The notes under the pieces were generated by a model. The model ran no database searches, had not been told where the DNA came from, and worked only from the letters and a program-made list of their open reading frames with translations. From NCBI GenBank assembly GCA_013239625.1, contig MU053994.1, positions 1,801,775-1,863,774 of the forward strand: a DNA stretch of 62,000 nucleotides, written 5' to 3'. Positions 1-11,804 of this stretch are shown in pieces. A program made the position numbers and the translations under genes. How positions within the stretch are numbered: position 1 is the first letter of the stretch; each line of letters starts with the position of its first letter. Source of the DNA: Lama guanicoe. Taxonomy: Eukaryota.

Positions 1-68
1 GACATAGACCCCATCTCTCAATGGGAAAAGTATAAAAAAAATTTCGGCCATGTTTTAAAGCCACCACT
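1..68 (-). mobile_element. MLT1 (ERVL-MaLR) LTR 5' end, cut by the window edge
   Basis: catagaccccatctctcaatggg...ggccatgttttaaagccaccac is the reverse complement of an MLT1F/G/H-type start. The same motif ends the copy at 37670-38254. Confidence 0.65.
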
Positions 69-134
69 CGGCTATTTCTGGTACACTGACTGTTGAATTG
101 GCTTTTGTGGGTTAACTGGGAACCTCACAACTCT

Positions 135-233
135 TTTTAGCAGTGTTTCTATGGGAACCATGTTTTTAGGTCCAAGTAACAGACTTGCGAGTTAACACTG
201 GGACACAACTTATTGATAAAGGGGGACTTCCTG
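135..233 (-). mobile_element. Tigger16-like (TcMar-Tigger) terminal fragment
   Basis: gtttctatggga...gacttgcgagttaacactgggacacaacttattgataaagggggacttcctg resembles the reverse complement of the Tigger16 terminus CAGGCAGTCCCCAACTTACGAAC (recalled consensus). Confidence 0.55.
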
Positions 234-294
234 AATTTTCATCCCTCCACTCAGTGTCTAACACTGTGAACGTAGCTACTGATATTATTATTAA

Positions 295-545
295 TTAGCA
301 CTGCTTATTGAGCGCTCCCTATGTACTAGGTTCTAAGCTCAGCACTCTACCTGGATTAGATTCTTTGATCCTCCCAACAATGCTATAGATGCTATAGTTA
401 TTCCCATTTTACAGATGGGGAAACTGAGGCTTAGAGAAGGCAAGTGATGAGCCAGAGATCACTCAGCTAGGACTGTGACTCGGATTTTGAAACCAGGTCT
501 GTCTGATGCCCAAGCCCATGCATAACTACCACAGTGCACTGACTT
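295..545 (-). mobile_element. MIR SINE, near full length
   Basis: Core cccattttacagatggggaaactgaggcttagaga and tRNA-head remnant tttgaaaccaggtctgtctga. Confidence 0.9.
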
Positions 546-1819
546 CATAAGTGCCATGTGAGGGAAGGAAAGCTTCTGGAGATGTGTTAAAGGCCAGAGA
601 GGTCTCTCCAGGGGAACGAACCTAACAGGAAAACGGCCTCAGATGTAGCCATCAGTCCCCACCACGGGTGACCCGTTCTTGTGCCAGCAGGTCAAGGGGC
701 ACTAAAGGGACTGCCTTCCTTGTTGCGTGGATCTGGGTCACACAGTCCCTTCATGTGGTCACAGCCAATTTGCCTCCCTGCCTAGCCCCTGAGCTGCCAG
801 CCTTCTCCCTCTGTCCCCACCAGCTCCATCTTTCCTAAACCAGAGCAAACCAGGCCACACTCAGCTTTTTGTCCCCAGGCACGGATGGGGAATGAACGGC
901 CGTTTTGTCCCAGGCTGTACAAAGCCATTTGTGCTGGGGCAGCTCCCGGGGGAGTTGGGGGGAGGGGAGTGGGGGTTGAGCAGGAGGCGAGGCAAACACA
1001 ACCCCATTCTCCCAGGCTGGTTCACAGACAGCAACTACATGCAGGCGGCAGGCAGGGCTCAGGCTGGAACCCGTGGCCCCAAGGGCTGCTCAAGGGGCAA
1101 AGAGGCTGTTGCTGGTGGGCTGTCCCCAGAGGTCTCTCAGTCAAGTGTCTGTGTCACCAGCCCCAGCCTCCCCTACTCCAAGTTTCCCCGGCATGCCTCC
1201 TCTGCCTCGCATCCTGCAGTTTGGGATGAGAAAACCCCCTTGTATGGGGTCTTTGCAATAACGATGAAAGCCTTTTTTTTTTCCTTTTAAAGAATTCATC
1301 TCTGCATTCCAGAAGGGGCATTTATCACCCCGTGCCCAGACTGCAGACATCTCCCTGCTTCAGATCCTCCTGCCCAGAAAGGCGGCCTTGTCAGACACAT
1401 GAAACCAGCCCCTCCGGACATCTGGACAAGGAGCAGCCCTTTGGCTGAGCACGAGCCCGTCCTGAATGCCACAGACCGTGAAAGGAGAGCCCTTGTTCCT
1501 GGTCCAAATCGCCTCGCTAAATGGATGCAGCTGGACACAGTGGGGGCGGTGGTGGGGATGGGGGAGCCAGGCCCTCTTGGCGGCCGCCCCAGACACCTCT
1601 ACGGGGCAATCTGAAAGGCAAGTTTGCTTTGGGAAGAAGCTCCTGGAGCTGACTTAATGACACCGTTTCCGCCAATGTTAAGAAAGCTCAGTGGGTAACT
1701 GTGGCTTTTGTCTGCCCAGTACCCCCATCTTCTAGAGACAGACTCTTTCTTTCCTATGGGCAACCAGTTTCAATAAAGGGTCAGAGCTTGCCACTACTCT
1801 CTCCCACCTCACCCCCCAT

Positions 1820-2150
1820 CCAGGGGACTAGGACCCAGCCCTGGTCAGCCAATCAGTTTACTCCAATACCGGGGCACAGTCATTGGATGTTTGACATTAG
1901 TTTGGCCAATCAGAGCCCTCCTTGAGACTTTACTCCCAGAGGTGAGGACTCTGTTTCCACTAGGGTAGCAGCCACCTTGCCCACCATATGACTTGGAGCT
2001 GGCAAAGAAATGGAGTGACAGAGCCCTAAAATTATTCTTTGATCCCCCCACTGTGTCCGAAGCTATTGGCTGGATATTTCCATTCCCTGCACCAATCCAT
2101 TCTACTTTTTGTGCCAGCGATTTGATTTGGGTTTCTGTCAGTCTCTTCTG
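1820..2150 (+). mobile_element. Old MLT1 (K/L/M-like) LTR
   Basis: ggccaatcagagccctccttgagactt, gcagccaccttgcccacca and the terminal tttgatttgggtttctgtca. Confidence 0.6.
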
Positions 2151-3167
2151 CCCAAACAGACTGATTCCCAGTTCCTCCTCAAATAAATATCAAGTCATCA
2201 GGCTGGCATTCAAGGCCCTCTGTGACAGAGCCACAGCATCATCCTCCGGGTCTCTAAGAGGCAGCTAGGCCAGCCTCGCCCTTGCTCCAAGGGGCTCACT
2301 CCCAGCCTGGCCTACTGGGTGCAGGCATGCCCCTGAGCGAGTGACTCTGGGAGAACATGTGAGGCTCCCACCGGAAGCAGTGGGCTCCAGTACCCCCTGA
2401 CGAAGGCAGCAATACACAAGGATGTCCTGGGACAGCCCAGGGCCCAGCTGCTCCCAGAGGCACCTCAGAGACAACCATCTTCAGGGACAAGGTACCAGCA
2501 CTCCAGCATGAAAATAGACTCCTGACTATGAAATAAGGTGCGCACGCAGGACCAGCGACTTGGGCCGGGTGCCTTGGGCAGGCCAGGGGAGCGGATCCGG
2601 GGGACCCAGGCTCTGATCATCTAAGCAGATGGGCCCGAGGGCTGAAGTTTTACTCCACTAACAGGTCTGGGATTTGCTTCTCCAACTCTGAAGCAGGAGA
2701 CCCCGGTTCCAATGACAGCTCTCTCTACACCACCATGCACCCACCCCGGGTCCTGCATGCAGGCATCTTGGCAATGCTGTCAAAATGGAAAGCAACCTTT
2801 AAACTCAGAACTAATGTTCAGACACACTGGTAAAGGCAAACCAAGTGTTAAAATATTGAAATACCATGTAAAGATTAATCACCACTGCCCCAAACCCCTT
2901 GAGGGTTCCCCCTGCCCCTAGCCTTCCAACCTTCCTTCAATCCATCACCTAAAGGGTTAACTCCAGAACCCTGCCACAGTCTGAATCCAGCGCTAAGGAA
3001 GGCACCTTATGATGGGTGGGTGCCCAGGCTTTACTGGTGGTTAAATATTCTCTCACCCTAGTTAAGCAAAAAGCCAGTGGCTTGGGGTAAGTGAACCCAA
3101 GTTCAGAACCCTGAGGCATGGGACACAGGGTCCCCAGCAAGGACTGAGGTCACCACCCTCTAGTCCA

Positions 3168-3187
3168 GTGTGTGTGTGTGTGTGTGT
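3168..3187. repeat. (GT)10 microsatellite
   Basis: Read directly from the sequence. Confidence 0.95.
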
Positions 3188-3329
3188 ACACAACCAGGGA
3201 CAAACTCAACCATGATAGATACAATACACTTGACCTCATCTACTTCCATGTTCTTCTCCAAATCCTCTTTCCTACCTTATCCCCACCATCTCTCATGCTC
3301 TTCCTCTAACGACCACCCTTGTTAAGAGC

Positions 3330-3530
3330 ACAACTGAGAGCCTACTTTATGCCAGACTCTTTACTCTTTCTGGTACTTCTAACTAGATATTCTCATGCCC
3401 GTTTTACAGAAGAGGAAACTGAGGCTCAGAGGATTCATTAAGTTGCCCCACACTACACAGCAGAGTTGAGATTTGAACCCAGGTCTGAGAGGACACCAGC
3501 ACCTACGATCTTCCACTGTCTTCTACTGCC
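3330..3530 (-). mobile_element. MIR SINE
   Basis: cccgttttacagaagaggaaactgaggctcagag...gatttgaacccaggtctg. Confidence 0.88.
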
Positions 3531-3799
3531 TCCAACACAGTCTTATGCAGAAAAAGCTGCCTTTGGTGTGGTTAACTTTTCGGAACTGCTCTGAAAACGG
3601 CTTGACTCACCTTCCCCACCTGGGTGGTAAAGCCCTCAAGCACAGGCTCTCTATTCTTTCTCTGTGCTTTAGGTCCTGTCTTTCCCCCAGCGCTGGCATT
3701 ACTCAGGCACTCCGTCAACATGCATTAAATTGAGTATCATAAGATGCACAAAACTAAGCCATGCAGCTGGTGGGAGGGGGGGCAGCAAATCTTTTTTAA

Positions 3800-3978
3800 A
3801 ATAGGGAGCTGTTGGGACATGTTACTTATCATCTTTGGTCCATAAAAGGGGAATCATAGTAGTACCTGCTTCATAGGTTTGTTGCCAGATCCGAATGCAA
3901 AAAAAGGGGGGGAGGGGCATAGGACTGGCACATAGTAAGTGCTCAATAAGTATTAGGTACTATTATTGTTGTTATTAC
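3800..3978 (+). mobile_element. MIR SINE, 3' half
   Basis: taaaaggggaatcatagtagtacctgcttcatagg...ctggcacatagtaagtgctcaataag. Confidence 0.8.
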
Positions 3979-5042
3979 TTCCATTACTTCCACCCAATGG
4001 TTCAAGCTTGAAGCAAGGTTCTTAATTACCTGCCAATTGCTTCATCCAATGAGGGAAGCACCCAAGGAGATGGACATAGCCCAGTCACCGTCTCCCGGAG
4101 TTGGGGCAGGGCTCCCAGGGCAGATTGCGAGCTGCTCTGAAGGTCTCTCATAAACGCCCTGCTTTACCGAGACTCTTAGAGGACAGAAGGAGGGCTGGCC
4201 AAGTGAGCCATTTGGTGTCTTATTTAGAAGCAGTCTTGCACGCTGGTATAAAGGTCACTGTAAGGCGATCACGTGACTGAGCCTGTGCCCAGCAAAAGCC
4301 GTGCCCAGGATCCGCTGTTGAACCTGCTCCCTCTTCCTGCAGGTCACCCAGCACAGACCCGCTGAGTGCCTGAATGCCAAAATCATTTAATGATTTAAAA
4401 AGATCGAGATCAATGGCTTCAGCAATTTCTGGGAAGCGGTAACTCAGTGAGCTGTGGAAGGTTCTCAATTTGCTGTCTCCAGCCTGGCCCCATGGCAGGA
4501 TTTATGCTGAATGGGCTCCATGAGGCAAATATATCCTGGGATGGGGCCCCATCCCATCACCCCGCCCAGGAAGTGCTGGCCTGCTGACATCACCCTCGCA
4601 GCTGCCAAGTCTCCCTTGCTCTGAGGGGCACTCTCTCATTTCACATTAATTAGAAGGCCATTTTCCAAGCATTTCCATCCCTTAATGAAGGGCTTTCTGC
4701 AGTGGCTCAGTGAAATATTAAAACATCTGACTTGGAATCTTAAAAAAAAAAAAAAAACAACATTGTGCCTGCTCAATCTGTATATTGTATAACCCTTCAT
4801 ATTCCAGGAGGAAAATAAGTTCAGAAGTAAGGACAGCTTGTTCATGATGCTGAGATGCTGATCAGGCAGGCGGAGGGAGGCGGGGATGGTCACAACACCT
4901 CCATCACGACTGACCATCATGCTGTCCTCCGCCAACCCCACATCTGCCTCTGACGGGGAGAGGGGAGCTGGAGAGAGGAAGAGATAATAAGACAGGGAAT
5001 ACAGAATAGCAACCTCTAAGAGGACAGAAATGGCAGTCCCCT

Positions 5043-5522
5043 TGTGGTAGACAGGCACGTGATCGCTCCTGGTGAACTCTACTTCTGAGTGTTCACCTCC
5101 TGGTCTAGTTCCCTCCCACTTGGATTCTGCATCTGGCCATGTGACTTGCTTTGGCCAATGAGACCTTAGCAAAAGTGATACAGGCAGAAGCTAGTTAAGC
5201 ACATACACATTGTTGTCTTGGAACACTTACTCTTAGGATCCAGCCACCATGCAAGAAGCCCAAGTTAGCCACGTGGAGAGAGAGAGTGAGAGGTCTTAAC
5301 CTTCTGGCCACCCACCTCAAAGAGCCAGACATGAGGATGAAGCCATTACGGACAATCCACTCCCATCCACCATCTGACTTCAGTCACGAGCAAGACCAAC
5401 AGAAGATCCACCTAGCTGAGCCCTAGTCAACCCAGAAAATCGTGAAAAATCATCCAATTATTTTTGTCCCCAGCCAACATGTTCAAGGGTCATGAGTTAT
5501 GCAGCAGTGAAAAATCAAAATA
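5043..5522 (+). mobile_element. MLT1H-like solo LTR
   Basis: Starts tgtggtagac; contains ggccatgtgacttgctttggccaatg, cccaagttagccacgtggagag, cctagctgagccctagtcaaccc and ttatgcagca near the end. Confidence 0.85.
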
Positions 5523-7629
5523 TTTCATTATTCTCTAGTGGCTTCAAGGTCAAGAGCACATTTCCTGGTCCTGGTGATTCTCAATGAAAGTTTCCCAGAC
5601 ATCTGTCCTTAGCATCCACCAAGCTACTAGCTCCCGACTAACTGCCACCCTTCTCTCTCTAGAATAGTCATCTCTTCTGCTCAGTGAAAGTAGGGTTTCT
5701 GTTCAACCAGAACATCTACATTTATCACCCAGTGAATCTTGATTATCAAATGCTTTACTCAATCATGGCCCTTTACCGTAATAACAAACCAGGGCTCTGG
5801 GGTTGTAAGGATGTAAAGGAAAATCTCCTTCCTTCCACCTTATGTTGCAGAAGGTGTGTTTGTGTAAGACAGGGTATGAATGCTGAGAAATGAGATTTGA
5901 ATTCCTAAAGACCCTAACTTTTACATATTTAGACATTTATATATATATATACAGTGGTTATACACAGTGATTATACAAATATATATTTGCTTAGGTCATG
6001 CTATATCACAAACTAAGTACTGAAAAGCAAATTTGCTATGTGGAATTCCTTGCTATAATGAATTAATAAGAACGCTGTGCAATCAACATATTAATTGTAT
6101 GTAAATGGTGTTTTTTAAATGCTTTAAAACAATTTATTCCCCTGAGCATTTTAAATAAGCCTCCTGGAAAGTTGTTTATGTAGTCATTTGCTTGGCAAAC
6201 TTCTCTCATCCTAGCGGGTTCCTTCAAGCCACAAATGAACACTTGAGGAAATCTTGCTGTCACCCTTCCTCTTCCTCTGGAGGTCCCAGGAGCCAGTGTC
6301 CTGAGGGCTGGGGCCTGGTTCTGAAATGTAATCACCTGTTCCCTGTCCCAAATGTCTCTTGTTCCTTCTGTCAATTAATGCCTGTCCTGCCTTGAGGTCT
6401 GGCTAAGGGGAAATCATCAGTGACTGGCAGGGACAAAAGAGAATCGGTCAACCCACTAACAAGTGCTCACTCGGCCCTGCCATGCTCCCACCTTGGCGAA
6501 GAAGGAGATGGTTGCTCCGGCCAGGCATCCCACAGGTTCCCACGAAGACCATCAGATGAAAATACCGCCACTCAGGACCTCCCTCTGGGAACTCCGGGAC
6601 CTTCTCATCAAGCTAAAGCAATAAACCAGGGAAGCTACGGAACCAAAACAAGACATCCAATGAAGAAAATGCACGCGCTTAAAGCACAGAAAGTGCCACT
6701 GTTTTGTTGTTTTATTTTTGGCTCCAAACAAATTAACCCCAATCTCCAAATTCACCCAACTTTCCAAGGACCTTTCTGATAAGTAAGGTTTCCAATAAGC
6801 AAGGCCTGATCTGAGGCAGGCCAGCTGTCCATTTAGAATTTTCCCAAAAGCCCCACAGAAGGATAATTCTGTTTATGTTCTTGAGACACATAAGGTGCCG
6901 GCCGGTATAGAAGAACCGTGCAGAGCCCCGTCTGGGCGTGGGTTCAGAATCAGCTTCTCTCACCCGGGATGTTTCAAGGTGGGTCCTCAGAACGTGGTCT
7001 TAGGTCTTCCCTCCCCCTCCCCGCTTCCCCCCTAGGATGACTCCACTTTTCTCCCCTAGTCCACAAGAAACAGAGGCTTAAGGGAACGATTACTGAAGCC
7101 ACTGCACACTGTGACCTAGGGCCACAACTGCAGGGCCCTGGGTACAAAGGTGACACTGGTAAGGTAATGGAGATGACAACCAGCCATTCTTGGGGAGTCC
7201 GGGAAAGACAGAAACCTGTAACCCTTCGCTGGGGCTGGACTCTGCTTGGTGAGATTCAGAAAGGCCTCTGTCACCTGGTGTCACCATAGCCACAGGGCTG
7301 GAAAAGGAATGGTCCTTGCGCTGCTCAGATGCCGGTGGCCCACCCATCCCCTGGCCTGCCCCGTACTGCAGGCAATCACAGTTCTGGGACCGCGAGCCCT
7401 GGCCACACATCAGAGGACGGGAGGAAGGGAGAAGCCGGGGTGTTTCTTCGCCCCGGCTCGCTCTGCTTCCCGCGGCCCCCGCAGCAGCAGCCGTGACTCT
7501 TTGGCGGCTCCGAGGTCCCTCCGTTCATGGCCTCACGGGCCATACAGACCTAGCTTCTGGGTCCCAGTAACACCATGTCCCCACTTTAGCCCTCCAGCCC
7601 AAAGGGTAGAAGCAGCAACTGATACTGAG

Positions 7630-7810
7630 TAATGGCCCTGTTAAAAATATACAAGCGTGACCCTGCTTTGATCCTCACATCAACCTTCTGAGGTTGGTTC
7701 TTTTATTATCTTCATGATACAGATGAAAAAACTCAGGCTCAGAGAAGTTCGGCAGCTGACCTAAGGGCACACTGCTAGGAAGCCAGGATTCTGGAGTTCA
7801 AAGCTAGGAA
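7630..7810 (-). mobile_element. MIR SINE
   Basis: gatcctcacatcaacc...acagatgaaaaaactcaggctcagagaagtt. Confidence 0.8.
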
Positions 7811-9793
7811 GGATCGGGGCAGCCTTTAGGAGCTCAGCCCCCTAACCCATCAGAGGGCCTGTCTCCATTAAGACCCCAAGGGAGGCAGGGGGTCATTCTG
7901 AGCTGGCTTCTGAAAAGGGTGCATTCTAGGCTGGAACTGCCCTTGGGGCTCTGCCTGGCTCCAAAGAAATACTTCAAAGGTGGGTGGGACCAGCTTTGTA
8001 TTGTCCAGTTCAGGACACCTTAAGCAGTTGATGAGCTGAGGGAAGGTCATAGGAGCCAGTTGCCACTTCCAACCCTGGAAAAGGGAGTGACAGCTGCTCT
8101 GGATTGCCCAAAGCACCCAGGCCAAGGTGCTGAGGACCAGGGGGGCCCCCTCTGCCCCGCTGTGGGACTCCAACCTCAGGCTCCAGGGCCCGCGAAGCCC
8201 CGCTGCAAACAGACAGCAGCGTCCGTGTCTTCCAGCCGGGCAGGCAATTACATCATCCCCCACGTCTTGCTCCCACTCCCCCCTGGCTGCCCCATGCCCA
8301 GGGAACCAGATTTGCAAAGACGAAGATGTAAAGAACATTTGAAAACAGGATCACCGAGGAGGCCAAAGCTGAATACAAAACAATGAAATCATGGGAGAGA
8401 TATTTGGAAGGGAAATTTGAGGGTGAATTCAGTCTCAAGTTCACTGATAGGTCACCAACTGGCCACCTAATACTTTCGGTAAAAGCCAGTCTAGGGGCAG
8501 CTGTCATCCCCACTGACCAATCAGAAGGGAAGAAGGCTCAGACAGGGTCCCAAAGCTCCCTTGCTGCACCTGTCGTTAACCTTTTCATTGCTGGATTGGG
8601 AAGAGTCCCAGGAGCAAGAGCATTTGCGGGGAGGATGGGGGGGTGCTGTTTACCAAGGAGCACAGAGGGATTTAAACAGGTGCCCTCCAGGACAGACGTG
8701 GGAAGCCACAGGGACAGATGACCGCTCTGTAAGGCAGGTTCTCCCAGGCCCCCAAGAAGGAGCCTCCATAAAAGAGAGTCCCATCCTAAGCAGACACTCT
8801 CTGCCACCAACGCTGTGGAAACGGTGGCCTGTAGGACTGGCGCTAGGAGATGTCTCCTGCAGGGAGGACGCAGTGATTTGTGCCAGGCCTCCCAAGCTCC
8901 CTCTGCCTCTGGCCCAGGGCCTGGTCTCTGAGGCCAGCGTTTGTGGGCAGAAAGAGGAGGCCAAGGCCCCCACTGGCTATTCTCTGTGAAAAACTAAGTG
9001 GCCCGGGGGAGGGTGGGGGTCGCTGGAAGGAAGACCTTGACCTCAGGAGCCCTAAGCCGCTGCTGACAGCAGACAGCCAGGGGGGCCCTTGGGAACAGCG
9101 CTTTATTGAGGGACATTTGTCTTCATTTGAGGCAGCCTACATCTCATCCCACAGGCGTGCCCCGAGGCCCGAAGTCTCCCTGACCTCTAGCCCCACTGTC
9201 CGTGCACTGGCCGTGTGCCAGATTGAAGGGGAAGTGGCCTCTTAAAGCCCCATGGAGCCAAGGTGACAGATGTCAGGGAAGAGTAACAGAGTAACTTCAG
9301 GCAGCTCCCCAGAAAGCTCCCAGCAGGAGAGGAGACCTGGGGCAGGGTGGGCACCTCAGACTCAGCCCCCAAACTCTGGGTCCTCCTCAGCCAGAGAGTG
9401 ATTCTGGAAATTCAAAGCTCACATGCAGTATAATTATCCGAGATTTGGATGAGAAACAAATTGTACCCATTGTTTTTCTAATGCAAACTAATAAAAACTA
9501 AACCTCCAAATCTTCGTGGCTGGTCAGGGAGGTCCCCAGACCCTGTTGTCTTCTCTCTCATGGAAAGAGATCCCGGTGGGAAGAACTCTGCAAGTGGGTT
9601 TTAGAATCTGAAACTATCAGAGCGCAAGATTTTTAGTGGAGAGTGTTTTCCCTGAAAAAGTCAAGATACTCAAAACATTGGAAGACCACGAACTATGCCC
9701 TAGACGCTGCCACTAATTTGGCGAGCTGTGAATAAATCATTTCATCTCCCCGAGGCTCACGTTTCCAAATACTGAAAAAAAAAATTGTCCACG

Positions 9794-9862
9794 GTACCTC
9801 CATCAAAGAAAAAAAAAAGTAAACCTAATTACCTACTCCCTGCAAATAAATAAATAAAATAG
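9794..9862 (+). mobile_element. 5'-truncated Vic-1-like camelid SINE (3' body and A-rich tail)
   Basis: gtacctccatcaaag(A)n gtaaacctaattacctactccc plus an aaataaat tail. It matches the 3' end of the copy at 16921-17074 (minus strand: gtactgccattaaaataaataaataaaaacctaatcgcccc). Confidence 0.7.
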
Positions 9863-10099
9863 AATTTTTTTTTTAAATCGCCTGATCACCAAAGGAGCTG
9901 GCCGGAAGATCGGCTACCAAGGCGAGGCGCTGACTCTAACAGACCCCAGACCAGGTCCCCACCTTCTTTGCCTAGGAGAGGCTCGGACCCTATGGGCCCG
10001 GGGGGCTGTGGAGGGGGAGGGCACGGAAGCCCTTGGCTAGCTGCACAGTACCAAGCACAACCCTACAGCAGGTTTAGGGAGCTGGGGAGAGGGAGGCAC

Positions 10100-10950
10100 C
10101 AGGCACGTGGCACCCTCTCTCCAGCACTTTGCAAACGCACAGCGGTGCCGGGCAAGCAGCTGCCGCCCCGGGGGCGCCCGGGGACCCGATGCCTCCATCT
10201 GGGGGTGGGGAGGTGGGGTCGTCGCGTTCAAACCCTGGGTCCAAAGGGAGCGAGCGGCGTCCGCCCTGGGCGCTCAGGCCCGGCGCGCCCCGCGCTCGCC
10301 TCCCCAGCTCGCTGGGTTCATTTCCATGTGGAGCGCGGCGCGTCCCAGGCGCCCTTATCTCGCCGCCGCCGCCGCCGCCGCCGCAGCGGCTCTGCAGGCG
10401 CGGGCGCCCCGGGCTCCCTCCCCGCCCCTAAGCAGGGCGGGTAATTGGCGGCCAGAGGAGGCGAACGGGCCGGCCCGGCCTCCGCTAATGAGCGGGCGGA
10501 GCCGCGGGGAGGACGCGGCGCGGCGGGGAGCGGAGCGGGGGAGGGGGCTTCCGTGACCACGACCCCCCCGCCGCCCCCCCATAGCCGTCCGGGTCCCGGC
10601 TGGCCCCTCCCGCGCTGTGGCAGGCACCGGCGCCCCGAGGGACATCCCCTCCCCCTCCTCCAGCCGGTCCCCGGCGCGCTCCTATTACCCTGCGGCCGTG
10701 CCAAGGCCTCCGGCTGCCCCCGGGCCGCCCTCGCGTCCCCGGAGAAGTGCCAGGGACGGAGTGCGCGGGCGGGGGGGGCGCCGAGCAGGGGGCTCCCTGG
10801 GGTCTTCGCCGCGCTGCAGGGGGCCCCGGCGGCCCAGGCGGCCCTCGGGCAGGGGCACTGCGGGGAGGGAATGCCTCCGGGGTCCGATGCCAGAGTGCTC
10901 ACCTAGGGAAGCCCGCAGGCAGTAGCGAAACCTGCTCTCCGCATAGATGG
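10100..10950. promoter_or_regulatory. CpG island (promoter-like or orphan)
   Basis: About 850 bp of very high G+C and dense CpG with GC boxes (cccgcccc, gggcgg), against CpG-poor flanks. No interspersed repeat inside. Confidence 0.92.
10361..10384. repeat. (CGC)8 trinucleotide tract (CGG/CCG class)
   Basis: cgccgccgccgccgccgccgccgc read directly. Confidence 0.95.
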
Positions 10951-11804
10951 TGATAAAATCCACCCTGGTTTCTAAATTAATTATACTGAATCCGATGCGC
11001 TGAGGCTTGGATGGTCTGAACGAAGGGGCGCCCTGGCTCCTCTCTGGGGGAGGGGTGGGGAGGGCCGGAATCATGTACTGTTGGCTCCGACAAACCCCCT
11101 TTCCAAGCCTGAGTGTGCTGGGAGTAAGAAATCAGCGAAGCTTGGGGGAGCCGGAGTGTGGGACGTGGGTGGCGGGGTGCGGCGCAGGAACAGGGGACTT
11201 CGAAGGGAAGCCTTTCTCCAGCCAGCCCTTCTCCTCTGGGTAGCCCGCAGTGCTGCCAACACCCGACCCAAGGCCTCCTACTCCAGGGGCCCGCTCCTTC
11301 CTGTGGTCCAGTCCCCAACGGTCAGGAATCGAAGTCTGCAGCAAACTGGCCCTGCGGCTCCATGCTCGACCTCCACAAATCTCCACTGAGTCCCCTGCAT
11401 CGCCACTCCCGCCCATGGCTACTGTTGTGAATTATTGAAGCCACTGATGCTTCACATTACCAGGAGTCTTCACAGTTGCCCTTTCAGACCTTGTTTCTCA
11501 GACCTGAAGGCTGAGTCTCTGCCTGGGGAACATGGGGGTTCCCTGGGGAACCCTACACTGGCCCTAGCACAGCCTTAGGGAACCAAGAGCAGCTCAGGAC
11601 AGCCCCAAGAGGAAAAGTTCCCCAGGGGCCTCCAAAGCCACTTGGCTTAATGGAAACTGCCGCCTCCCTGGAGAAAAAAAAGGACATTTTCTTCCAAAGA
11701 CTTCCCACTTAAAACCAACCCCCACCTTTTCCGCTTCCTTCCCAACTCCCTGACAGTGGCCACCTAGGAGCAGCCCACCCACAGCGACATTTTCCTCCTT
11801 TTCA

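Noticed and set aside
8115..8136. REST/RE1-like left half-site (TCAGCACC, minus strand)
   Set aside because: The right half (GGACAG) is mismatched, so the match is too weak to call.
9968..11074. Overlapping Arg/Gly/Pro/Ala-rich ORFs, including poly-Ala and poly-Arg runs
   Set aside because: They are open in several frames on both strands because stop codons are rare in a CpG island. The homopolymers come from the (CGC)8 tract.
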